DNA from: an uncultured Marinosulfonomonas sp.
GTDB lineage: Bacteria > Pseudomonadota > Alphaproteobacteria > Rhodobacterales > Rhodobacteraceae
Direction of reading: 5' to 3'
DNA length: 45,140 nt
Assembly (NCBI GenBank): GCA_964429175.1
Contig: CAYSBD010000001.1
Location: 7,606-52,745, forward strand
Shown: positions 20,621-29,080 of the stretch, piece after piece
Layout: every line of letters begins with the position of its first letter
Position numbering within the stretch: position 1 is the stretch's first letter
Notes under the pieces: generated by a model
What the model saw: only the letters and a program-made list of their open reading frames with translations
Database searches by the model: none
What the model was told of the DNA's origin: nothing
Program-made: the position numbers and the translations under genes

Positions 20621-21694
20621 ATGAAAAACCGACGCGGATTTCTGGCCGGTTTGCTGGCCGCCTCTGCCATCCCCGGCCTAAGTTGGGCCGACGCGGGCAG
20701 CCCCGCCTATCTGGCCGCCGCGCGTCAGGCCGACGGGCGTTTTGTGATGATCGGATTGGGCCGTGACGGGCAGGATATATTCACCATCCCCCTGCCCGGC
20801 CGTGGCCATGCCGCCTGCGCACACCCCACCGCCCCCGAGGCCGTGGCTTTTGCCCGGCGCCCCGGCACTTATGCGCTGGTAATTGATTGCGTCAGCGGCG
20901 AAATAACGGCGCAAATGCAGGCGCCAGAGGGGCGACATTTTAACGGGCACGGCGCTTATTTAAGCGACGGTGACACCCTGTGCACGCCGGAAAATGATTT
21001 CATCAATGGGCGCGGGGTGATCGGTTTTTGGTCGCGCAAGCAAAATTACCGGCGCATTGGCGAACAACCCACCGGCGGCGTTGGCCCGCACGAGCTGCGT
21101 AAATTGCCCGATATCGATGTTTTGGTGGTGGCCAATGGCGGCATTTTAACCCACCCTGATCGGGGCCGAGAGAAGCTGAATCTGGATGTGATGCAGCCCA
21201 ATCTGGCCTATGTTGACCCGGATCGGGGCATTCTCGAGCTGGTCGAACTGACGCCGGATCTGCATCAGAATTCAATCCGTCACATGGATATTCACGCCGA
21301 TGGCACCGTGGCTTTTGCGATGCAATGGCAGGGCGATTTATCCGAAGTCACGCCGTTGCTGGGGCTGCATAAACGTGGCAATTCTGTCAAATTGCTGGAG
21401 GCCGGTTTTAGCCGCCAGATGGCCATGAATGGCTATGCCGGATCGGTGTCTTATAATGGCACGGGCGATACGGTGGCGATTACCTCGCCGCGCGGTGGGC
21501 AGGTGCATTTTTACAGCCGCTCTGGTGATTATCTGGGCCACTGGTTGCGGCGCGATGTTTGTGGTTTGCGTGATTTGGGGGCCGGTTTTTTGGCCAGCGA
21601 CGGCAATGGGGCCTTGCATAAAATAACGCCGCAAAGCGCCAAGCCGCTAACGGTGACGCCGCGCGCCTGGGATAATCATATCGTCGCAATTTGA
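20621..21694 (+). CDS. DUF1513 family Tat-exported protein
   Basis: Start ATG at 20621; NRRGFL Tat motif; GRGH, FARRPG, FNGHG, GVGPHE, VANGGILTHP, SIRH, C-terminal WDNH. Confidence 0.92.
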   Translation: MKNRRGFLAGLLAASAIPGLSWADAGSPAYLAAARQADGRFVMIGLGRDGQDIFTIPLPGRGHAACAHPTAPEAVAFARRPGTYALVIDCVSGEITAQMQAPEGRHFNGHGAYLSDGDTLCTPENDFINGRGVIGFWSRKQNYRRIGEQPTGGVGPHELRKLPDIDVLVVANGGILTHPDRGREKLNLDVMQPNLAYVDPDRGILELVELTPDLHQNSIRHMDIHADGTVAFAMQWQGDLSEVTPLLGLHKRGNSVKLLEAGFSRQMAMNGYAGSVSYNGTGDTVAITSPRGGQVHFYSRSGDYLGHWLRRDVCGLRDLGAGFLASDGNGALHKITPQSAKPLTVTPRAWDNHIVAI

Positions 21695-21775
21695 ATCAGG
21701 GTTAATTATGTGTTCATATTAACCGGATATGGATTTAGGACAGGTTTTATTTCGATCAACCAAAGGATTACTCTT

Positions 21776-22459
21776 GTGAAAACAAATCTATTGCAATTCG
21801 TAGCGGTTTTACTGCTATGTGCGTCGCCCGCCATGGCGCGGAATCTGGATGCCCGCATTTTGGTGATGGGGGATTCGTTGCTGGCGGCCCATTCAATTTC
21901 AGGACGCGCCGTTGCCCATTCTATCGCACGCACACTTGGCGAACCGGTGATAAACAAAGCGGTTGTGGGCGCGCGCATTATTTACAGACTGCCGATTACG
22001 GGTGCGCTGGGGTTGAACATTGGCAAACAATATCGCCGTGGGCAATGGGACTGGATTGTTTTAAATGGCGGCGGCAATGATCTGTGGCTGGGTTGCGGTT
22101 GCAATAAATGCGCGCGGAAAATGCAGCGGCTGATTTCTGAGGATGGCACAAGGGGTGAGGTGCCAAAGCTGGTTTCAAAGCTGCGTAAAACAGGTGCAAA
22201 AGTAATTTATGTCGGCTATTTACGCAGCCCCGGCATCCATTCACCCCTTGAAGGTTGCGAGGATGAAGGCGACAAATTCGAGGGCCGGATCAGCAATATG
22301 GCCGCGCGCGATAAAGGCGTGTATTTTTTGTCACTGGCCGATCTGGTTCCTTATAGAGACCTATCTTATCATGCGATTGATAGAATTCACCCGTCACTAA
22401 AGGCCAGTAAAACCATCGGCCAAATGGTTTCCAAAATCATTGGAAAATCGCCTGAATAA
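21776..22459 (+). CDS. Exported SGNH/GDSL hydrolase
   Basis: GDSL block I, GGND block III, DRIHP block V; GTG start after AAGGA; signal peptide. Confidence 0.88.
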   Translation: MKTNLLQFVAVLLLCASPAMARNLDARILVMGDSLLAAHSISGRAVAHSIARTLGEPVINKAVVGARIIYRLPITGALGLNIGKQYRRGQWDWIVLNGGGNDLWLGCGCNKCARKMQRLISEDGTRGEVPKLVSKLRKTGAKVIYVGYLRSPGIHSPLEGCEDEGDKFEGRISNMAARDKGVYFLSLADLVPYRDLSYHAIDRIHPSLKASKTIGQMVSKIIGKSPE

Positions 22460-22516
22460 AACTAAAGTCCCGTTTTTCAAGCAACATGGTGGCGCTTGTG
22501 AAGACTAGGAAATAAG

Positions 22517-23050
22517 GTGGGCATCTGCAACATCAACAAGGCAAATATCATGACCAACACCGATGAGCCGCTGATTAAAGGCCTTCAAGTTGTAATCCGG
22601 GCCGCCGTTAGGGTAATGGCCGTCATGATGGTGTTTGTGATTATTATGGGCGTGGTTGATGTTGGCTGGATGATCTACCAAAAGCTCATCAGCGCCCCGG
22701 TTTTCATCCTGACAATCAGCGATATGTTGGCAACTTTTGGTGCCTTCATGGCTGTGCTGATTGCCATCGAAATTTTCATTAACATAACGGTTTATCTGCG
22801 CGATGATGTGATCCACGTCAAAATTGTTCTGGCCACAGCATTGATGGCGATTGCCCGAAAGGTAATCATACTGGATCTGGAAAAAATCGAACCGGAATTT
22901 CTTTGGGGAATTGCAGCCGTGGTTTTCGCCATTTCTTTCAGCTACTGGATCGTGTACAAAATGCCGAAATTTGATCTGGCTCTTGGCACCAAAGCAACCA
23001 CGGATACCAACGAAGTAGCTAATCGATCAAACAGTCAAACCGCAAAATAA
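22517..23050 (+). CDS. PsiE-family membrane protein
   Basis: Four hydrophobic helices, VLIAIEI and ALMAIARKVIILD motifs; alternative start ATG at 22550. Confidence 0.88.
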   Translation: MGICNINKANIMTNTDEPLIKGLQVVIRAAVRVMAVMMVFVIIMGVVDVGWMIYQKLISAPVFILTISDMLATFGAFMAVLIAIEIFINITVYLRDDVIHVKIVLATALMAIARKVIILDLEKIEPEFLWGIAAVVFAISFSYWIVYKMPKFDLALGTKATTDTNEVANRSNSQTAK

Positions 23051-23066
23051 CCTCTGGATTTGCCGG

Positions 23067-24254
23067 TCACTTTTCCAGCAAATGTTCATATCTTGCATCC
23101 GTCAGAGTTTCCATAAAAGCCACAAGCGCATCAATCCGTTGATCATCCAGCGCCGGCCCGTGGGTTAATTCCTTAACCGCAAGCGTAGTCGCAACCTCGG
23201 GAAAACGCCAAGCCTCGCCGGTTTCCGGGTTGATTTGGCGCGCTGCGGCGCGGGAATTATATTTGTTATAAAATAAAACTACCGTGCGCAAATCTGTAAA
23301 AACACCATTGTGCATATAAGGCCCGGTCACCGCGATATTGCGCAAGGTCGATGTGCGGAATTTACCCTTTTGCGCCGGATCGCCCCCCACAGCAGGATTG
23401 CCCATCAAGCCCACATCAACCGCATCAAGCGCCACCCCGTTAAACTTTCGTCCCGCGATATTGGACGGCACACCGATGTTGTAAAATTTATAATCGCTAA
23501 AGGTTTCGCCCTCGGCAATCGGTGATGTATGCAGTTGATGACACAGGTTGCAATTGGTAAATTGTTCGGAAAAAAACAACAGCTGCCCCAGTGCTTCCTG
23601 ACTGGTCATTTTATATTCGCCCCGCAGATGGCGATCATATTTGCTGTCAAACGGCGCAAATTCCGGCGTCATTTCATAGGCTGCGATGCTCTGGGTCATG
23701 GCCAGATAAACTGCATCGGTTTCGTCAAACAGATCCACCCCGAAATAGGCCTGCAACGCCGCCACATAATCCGCATCTTCTTTCAAACGCGCCACCACGC
23801 TGGCTTTGTCGGGCATCCCCATTTCGATCGGATTCAGCGGCGGCCCCCCCGCTTGTGCGGCTAAATCGGCAGCACTCCCGTCTAAAAACTGTCCGCCAAC
23901 ATAATCACCATCTTTATTTTTGTGAAACCGGGGCGAAAACATTGCATAGGCCGCGGTTGGCGCGTTGCGGTCTCCCAGCGAATGGCCATCATCGCCCAAG
24001 GAAAAAGCCTGCCCCGCATCGGTTACGCGCACATCGACAAACCCATGCGCCGGATCATGGCAGGTGGCACAAGATTGGGTGCGGTTCCAGGAAAGGTTCA
24101 CATCGAAAAACAGCGCCTCGCCCAACGCCTCGATGCTTTCGAATGTCAAATCATTGGCATCTTGCGCCGGCTCTGTGCTAACGGCGGCCCCAAACACAAT
24201 TAATGCCCCACAAGCCCCGGCAGATACGGCTATTTTTCTAAAATATCTTGGCAT
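23067..24254 (-). CDS. MauG-like di-heme cytochrome c peroxidase-family protein
   Basis: CATCH and CNLCH heme motifs, GDRNAPT, PLNPIEM, TGPYMHNGVFTDLRT, FYNKY, INPETG as in MauG; signal peptide. Confidence 0.9.
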   Translation of the reverse strand: MPRYFRKIAVSAGACGALIVFGAAVSTEPAQDANDLTFESIEALGEALFFDVNLSWNRTQSCATCHDPAHGFVDVRVTDAGQAFSLGDDGHSLGDRNAPTAAYAMFSPRFHKNKDGDYVGGQFLDGSAADLAAQAGGPPLNPIEMGMPDKASVVARLKEDADYVAALQAYFGVDLFDETDAVYLAMTQSIAAYEMTPEFAPFDSKYDRHLRGEYKMTSQEALGQLLFFSEQFTNCNLCHQLHTSPIAEGETFSDYKFYNIGVPSNIAGRKFNGVALDAVDVGLMGNPAVGGDPAQKGKFRTSTLRNIAVTGPYMHNGVFTDLRTVVLFYNKYNSRAAARQINPETGEAWRFPEVATTLAVKELTHGPALDDQRIDALVAFMETLTDARYEHLLEK

Positions 24255-24346
24255 ATTTCGCTCTCTCTACTCTCCATAGATTCGCGCGCTTTAATTGTGG
24301 TTTTGTTTTTATACCTACTTGTCGGCTGCAAACTCAAGGTAATTAC

Positions 24347-24363
24347 CTGCGTTAAATTGTCAG
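24347..24363 (-). promoter_or_regulatory. Iron-Rhodo-box-like site upstream of the MauG-like gene
   Basis: Minus strand CTGAC-AATTTAA-CGCAG, same 5-7-5 geometry as 15573-15589, about 90 bp upstream of the start. Confidence 0.55.
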
Positions 24364-24463
24364 GAAGCAGTGGCGTTTTACGACGGTTGAAATAATTCTC
24401 TTTTGTATTTGCAGCCGACACTGTATTTCCTACCTTACATCAAAACAGGTGCGGGGAAAGAAC

Positions 24464-26008
24464 GTGAAAAAAGATCGGATTTTTATCGGCGGCGGTGGCA
24501 AGGATTACAGTCAGTCACAAGAAATGCTGCTGAAATATGCCAACCGGCACGGGCTGATTGCAGGTGCGACCGGCACCGGAAAAACCGTGACCTTGCAAAT
24601 TTTGGCCGAAGAATTATCGGCCGCCGGCGTCCCTGTTTTTATGTCGGATGTCAAAAGCGATCTGGCCGGTCTGGCCGTGGCGGGATCCAAAGATTTCAAG
24701 CTGCACGAAGCCTTTACAAACCGGGCCGAAAAGATCGGATTTAGCGACTATAATTACAACGCTTTTCCGGTCACATTCTGGGATTTGTTCGGAAAATCCG
24801 GCCATCCAATCCGCACCACAGTGGCCGAAATGGGCCCGTTGCTGATTGCTAATATGCTAGAATTATCCGAGGCGCAGGAAGGCGTTTTAAACATCGCTTT
24901 TCGGGTGTCCGATGAACAAGGCCTGCCACTGTTGGATCTGTCGGATTTGCAGGCGTTGCTGGTTTGGGTCGGCCAGAACGGCCGCGATTTAAGCTTGCGT
25001 TACGGCAATGTCTCGCCCGCTTCGGTCGGAGCAATCCAGCGCAGGCTGCTGGTGCTGGAAAATCAGGGCGGGGGCAATTTATTTGGCGAACCCGCGCTTG
25101 ATATAGCCGATATGATGATGGTTGATGCCGACGGTCGGGGGCGTGTGAATATTCTGGCCGCCGATGCCTTGATGGTCTCGCCCAAATTATACGCCACTTT
25201 TCTGATCTGGCTGCTCAGCGAATTATTCGAGGAATTGCCCGAAGTCGGTGATCCCGACAAGCCCAAGCTGGTGCTGTTTTTTGACGAGGCCCATTTGCTA
25301 TTTGACGGTGCCCCAAAGGCGATGATCGACAAAATCGAGCAAGTTGCGCGCCTGATCCGTTCCAAGGGTGTCGGGGTTTATTTTGTCAGCCAAAATCCGC
25401 GCGACATTCCCGAAGACATTCTGGGCCAGCTTGGCAACCGCATCCAACACGCCCTTCGCGCCTTTACCGCGCGTGATCGAAAACAGCTAAAACAGGCGGC
25501 CGAAACCTACCGCGACAACCCGCGTTTTTCCACCGAAGAAGCCATCCGCGAGGTTGGTGTTGGCGAGGCTGTGACCTCGATGTTGCTTAAAAAAGGTATT
25601 CCCGGCGTGGTCGAGCGCACCCTGATCCGCCCCCCCGGCTCGCAATTGGGACCGATTACAGACGCCCAGCGTCGCCGCGTGATTGCCGCATCGCCCGTTG
25701 CCGGAAAATACGAAACCCGGCTGGACCGTCAATCGGCCTTTGAAATGCTGCAAAAGCGGGCGGATGATGCAGCAAAAGCGGCTGCGGAATCGGAAAAATC
25801 CGAGGAAGATGCCGATCTGGCTTTGCGTGAATATAAGGCGGCGCGGCGTTATAACGCCGCGCGGGTTGGGCGCTCGAGTTCGCGTAAAATCCGCAACGAT
25901 GACAGCTGGGGCAGCGCGATTGGCGGGGTGATTTTAAAAGAGCTGAAAGGCACCACCGGACGGCGCATTGTGCGCGGTATTTTAGGCGGGCTTTTCAAAG
26001 GACGTTAA
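24464..26008 (+). CDS. DUF853 / HerA-like P-loop ATPase (YjgR family)
   Basis: [15 protein letters not shown] Walker A, FFDEAH Walker [23 protein letters not shown]. Confidence 0.92.
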   Translation: MKKDRIFIGGGGKDYSQSQEMLLKYANRHGLIAGATGTGKTVTLQILAEELSAAGVPVFMSDVKSDLAGLAVAGSKDFKLHEAFTNRAEKIGFSDYNYNAFPVTFWDLFGKSGHPIRTTVAEMGPLLIANMLELSEAQEGVLNIAFRVSDEQGLPLLDLSDLQALLVWVGQNGRDLSLRYGNVSPASVGAIQRRLLVLENQGGGNLFGEPALDIADMMMVDADGRGRVNILAADALMVSPKLYATFLIWLLSELFEELPEVGDPDKPKLVLFFDEAHLLFDGAPKAMIDKIEQVARLIRSKGVGVYFVSQNPRDIPEDILGQLGNRIQHALRAFTARDRKQLKQAAETYRDNPRFSTEEAIREVGVGEAVTSMLLKKGIPGVVERTLIRPPGSQLGPITDAQRRRVIAASPVAGKYETRLDRQSAFEMLQKRADDAAKAAAESEKSEEDADLALREYKAARRYNAARVGRSSSRKIRNDDSWGSAIGGVILKELKGTTGRRIVRGILGGLFKGR

Positions 26009-26029
26009 CCAAAAGTTAGGACGTAAATC

Positions 26030-26788
26030 ATGGGCTATGCAGAAACATTCAAATCCCTTCACATAAAATCCGATCCGGTTATTTTGTTCAATGTCTGGGA
26101 CCCGGGAACGGCCGCGATTGTGCAATCGGCCGGGGCCAAGGCGATTGCGACCGGCAGTTTTCCGGTGGCCTTGGCACATGGTTTTGCCGATGGTGAAAAA
26201 ATTCCGCTGGCCCTGATGCTGGACAATTTGCACCGGATAATCGACGCCGTTGATCTGCCGGTTTCATCCGATATCGAGGGCGGCTACGGCGTGCAAACCA
26301 GCGTGATAACCGACACGGTAACGCAAGTGGTAAAGGCCGGTGCGATCGGTTTTAATTTTGAAGACCAGATCGTTGGCGGTGAGGGGTTGCATGATATTGC
26401 CATTCAAACCGGCCGCGTTGCAGCTGCGCGTGAAGGGGCCGACAAGGCCGGATCGAACATATTTTTAAACACGCGTACCGATTTGTTTTTAAAGGCAAAA
26501 CCCGAGGATCACGCAGATTTGATCGATCAGGCCCTAAACCGTGCCACGGCCTATGCCGCGGCTGGAGCAAACGGTTTTTTCGCCCCGGGTTTGACGGACG
26601 AGGCCCTGATCAAACAGCTTTGTACCGATTGCCCGCTGCCTGTTAACATCATGGCGCTGCCCCATGCGCCGGCAGCATCCGTTTTGGCCGATCTGGGGGT
26701 TGCGCGTATCAGCCACGGGCCGGTGCCTTATAAAAAAATGGCAGCGTGGCTTGAGGAACAAGCAAAGGCGGCAATTTTTTACCGTTAG
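26030..26788 (+). CDS. Isocitrate lyase/PEP mutase family protein
   Basis: NVWD, AIATGS, DIEGGYG, NFEDQ, NTRTD, ARISHG. Confidence 0.9.
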   Translation: MGYAETFKSLHIKSDPVILFNVWDPGTAAIVQSAGAKAIATGSFPVALAHGFADGEKIPLALMLDNLHRIIDAVDLPVSSDIEGGYGVQTSVITDTVTQVVKAGAIGFNFEDQIVGGEGLHDIAIQTGRVAAAREGADKAGSNIFLNTRTDLFLKAKPEDHADLIDQALNRATAYAAAGANGFFAPGLTDEALIKQLCTDCPLPVNIMALPHAPAASVLADLGVARISHGPVPYKKMAAWLEEQAKAAIFYR

Positions 26789-26861
26789 AAATATTAAAAA
26801 CTACGGCCCTTTTTAGGCCATTTTAGGCCATTGTTAATATCTACCTGTCATTGTGGGTTTA

Positions 26862-26946
26862 CGTTCAGACGTCTTGTCCTCTTTCGTCTGGGCATACTTC
26901 CTCCCTGTTAGACTGGCCGCGCTGAAACTCAGTGCGGCCTTTTTTT
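26862..26946 (+). ncRNA. suhB/MmgR (alpha-r8)-like small RNA
   Basis: 5' hairpin GTTCAGACG...CGTCTGGGC, unpaired CTTCCTCCCT anti-SD core followed by TAGACT, and terminator GGCCGCGCTGA-AAC-TCAGTGCGGCC-T7. Confidence 0.75.
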
Positions 26947-27029
26947 ATTCAATAGGATGAATATCATAGCACAATCATAGCCAGAATAATAAAGTTGACC
27001 GGCGCAACAAAAAACCGTATCGTTTCTTT

Positions 27030-27100
27030 AATAATAAAATCGGTCAGTCCGATGGGGAGAGTTCATAGAAAAAAGAGTCGTGCTTGCGGCTCTTTTTTCT
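27030..27100 (+). ncRNA. Candidate ~70-nt sRNA or attenuated leader
   Basis: TTGACC-N17-TATCGT promoter (26995-27023), hairpin ATCGG-TCAGT-CCGAT, GGGGAGAG, terminator AGAAAAAAGAGTCG-TGCTTG-CGGCTCTTTTTTCT. Confidence 0.45.
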
Positions 27101-27255
27101 TTTTGAGCATTTTCTTTTTGAGCATGCCAATTGCAAATGATCGGATTGGCAAAAAACTGCCTTGCCTAGTTGCAACCTACAAATCTTACCTGACAATGCC
27201 TATTTGTCATGTTAGATGCCCTTAACGGACACTAAACAATTATGGAAAAGAACAC

Positions 27256-27906
27256 ATGCCTGATTTTCTAAAGATCATGACCCTTGCAGCCTTTGTTGCC
27301 TTTGGCAGCACGGCAATTGCACAAACGACAACTTCCCAAGAGCAGCCTGCAAAGGAAGCCACCGAAGAAGCCGCGCCAGAAACCACACCCGATACCAATG
27401 ACAACGTGCTTGGTCTGGATGGCGGCCAAGAGGTTGCCGACCCCAACGCACCCGGCACCCCTTACATCCGTGAAACCCATGGCGATTGGGAATTGCGCTG
27501 CGTTCGGGCGCCCGAAGGTGAAACCGAACCTTGCAAACTGTATCAATTACTTACAGATGGCGAAGGAAATGGCGTTGCTGAAATCAACATTTTCAAGCTG
27601 CCTGAAGATCAGAAATTTGCGGCCGGTGCCTTGGTTATCACACCGCTTGAAACCATGCTGACCGAGCAGCTGACGATTACCGTGGATGGTGGGCCTCAAA
27701 AACGCTACCGCTTCACTTGGTGTGCCGCGGATGGTTGTTATGCGCGCATCGGGCTTTCGGGTGCGGATATTGCCAGCTTTAAACGTGGTGCGGGTGCCAG
27801 TATTACGATTGTGCCGATGGTTGCCCCCGACCAACAGGTTACGCTAAATCTGTCACTTACCGGATTTACCAAAGGCTATGCGGCAATGGTGGCCGCGGCT
27901 GAATAA
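27256..27906 (+). CDS. Invasion-associated locus B (IalB) family protein
   Basis: Signal peptide, HGDWELRC, CKLYQ, FTWC...GCYA, LSLTGFTKG. Confidence 0.9.
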   Translation: MPDFLKIMTLAAFVAFGSTAIAQTTTSQEQPAKEATEEAAPETTPDTNDNVLGLDGGQEVADPNAPGTPYIRETHGDWELRCVRAPEGETEPCKLYQLLTDGEGNGVAEINIFKLPEDQKFAAGALVITPLETMLTEQLTITVDGGPQKRYRFTWCAADGCYARIGLSGADIASFKRGAGASITIVPMVAPDQQVTLNLSLTGFTKGYAAMVAAAE

Positions 27907-27931
27907 TTGCCTGTAAATAACGCGCAAAATC

Positions 27932-27963
27932 ACGCCGCCTTATTTCAGGGCGGCGTTTTTTTT
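27932..27963 (+). terminator. Intrinsic terminator after ialB
   Basis: ACGCCGCCTT-ATTTC-AGGGCGGCGT followed by a T-run. Confidence 0.75.
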
Positions 27964-29050
27964 AATCGCTGTCGGCTTTGCTCAGTCGCGCTTTTAATTC
28001 GGCCACTTGTTTGGCCAGCCGCGGCAAACGGCGCAGGGCTTTTTGCATTTCGACATGGTTTTGCATTTTTACCGCAGGCGAGCCCAGCAAAATCCGGCCC
28101 GCAGGCGCATTGGTAAATATCTTGCTCGCACCACCCGCAACCACATCATCACCGACAAAAATATTATCCGAAACCCCGCATTGCCCCGCCATCACCACCC
28201 GGTTGCCAATGCGCGCGGATCCGGCAATCCCGACCTGACCGCACAGCAGACAGTCTTCGCCAATTTCAACATTATGGCCGATATGAACCTGATTATCCAA
28301 CTTGCTGCCGCGCCCGATACGGGTTGAGCGGATGGTGCCCTTGTCAATTGTCACATTGGCCCCCAGCTCCACATCATCAGCAATTTCAACCGATCCAAGC
28401 GAATGAATTCGGGTCCAGCTTTGCGGGTTGGCCTGAACATCTTTGCCCAGATTTTCGCGCGCCTGCTCGACGGTGGATTTTTCCGGTGTGACAAAGGAAA
28501 ACCCGTCCGAGCCAATCACCGCGCCGGGCTGGGCGATAAACCGATCACCAATGCGCACGCCCGATCCGATCCGAACACCCGCCAAAATCAAAGCATCATC
28601 GCCAATATGCGCCGCCTCGGCCACGGAAACATGGCTGGCAATGCGTGCATTCTTACCAATCCGAACGCCGCCCCCGATCACCACAAAAGGGCCAATCGCC
28701 GCCCCTGCCCCGATCTGGGCGTTTTGATCAATGATCGCGGTTTGGTGGATGCCGGCGGAAATTTGCGGGCCAGGATCAAGCAGCGCGGTCAGCCCCGACA
28801 TTGCGTAACGCGGGCGCGGCACAAAAATCGCAGCCTTTAACCCCAGCGCCTGCCAATCGGCCCCGTCCCAAAGAATAGCCGCGCGCGCAGCACCGGCGGC
28901 CAGACCCTCTGCGTATTTTTCATCCATCGCCAAAGCCAGATCATCGGCCGTGGCCAAGGCAGGTTCGCTTGCGCCGCGAATGCGCAGATCAACCGCGCCA
29001 ACGGCTGTGGCCGAAAGTGCTGTTGCAATTTCCAGAACGCTATAGCCCAT
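27962..29050 (-). CDS. lpxD: UDP-3-O-(3-hydroxyacyl)glucosamine N-acyltransferase
   Basis: Hexapeptide repeats, IGSDGFSF, DVELGANVTIDKG, KLDNQVHIGHNV. Confidence 0.95.
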   Translation of the reverse strand: MGYSVLEIATALSATAVGAVDLRIRGASEPALATADDLALAMDEKYAEGLAAGAARAAILWDGADWQALGLKAAIFVPRPRYAMSGLTALLDPGPQISAGIHQTAIIDQNAQIGAGAAIGPFVVIGGGVRIGKNARIASHVSVAEAAHIGDDALILAGVRIGSGVRIGDRFIAQPGAVIGSDGFSFVTPEKSTVEQARENLGKDVQANPQSWTRIHSLGSVEIADDVELGANVTIDKGTIRSTRIGRGSKLDNQVHIGHNVEIGEDCLLCGQVGIAGSARIGNRVVMAGQCGVSDNIFVGDDVVAGGASKIFTNAPAGRILLGSPAVKMQNHVEMQKALRRLPRLAKQVAELKARLSKADSD

Positions 29051-29080
29051 GTGGCCCCCAACATTATTGCCGGACCAGAT

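Noticed and set aside
24464-26008. HerA-like ATPase as an anti-phage or conjugation component
   Set aside because: Typical housekeeping DUF853/YjgR protein with no nuclease, Sir2 or T4SS partner nearby
27189-27209. TGACAA-N7-TTGTCA dyad upstream of ialB as an iron box
   Set aside because: Half-site spacing is 4 bp longer than in the Iron-Rhodo box; cannot be assigned
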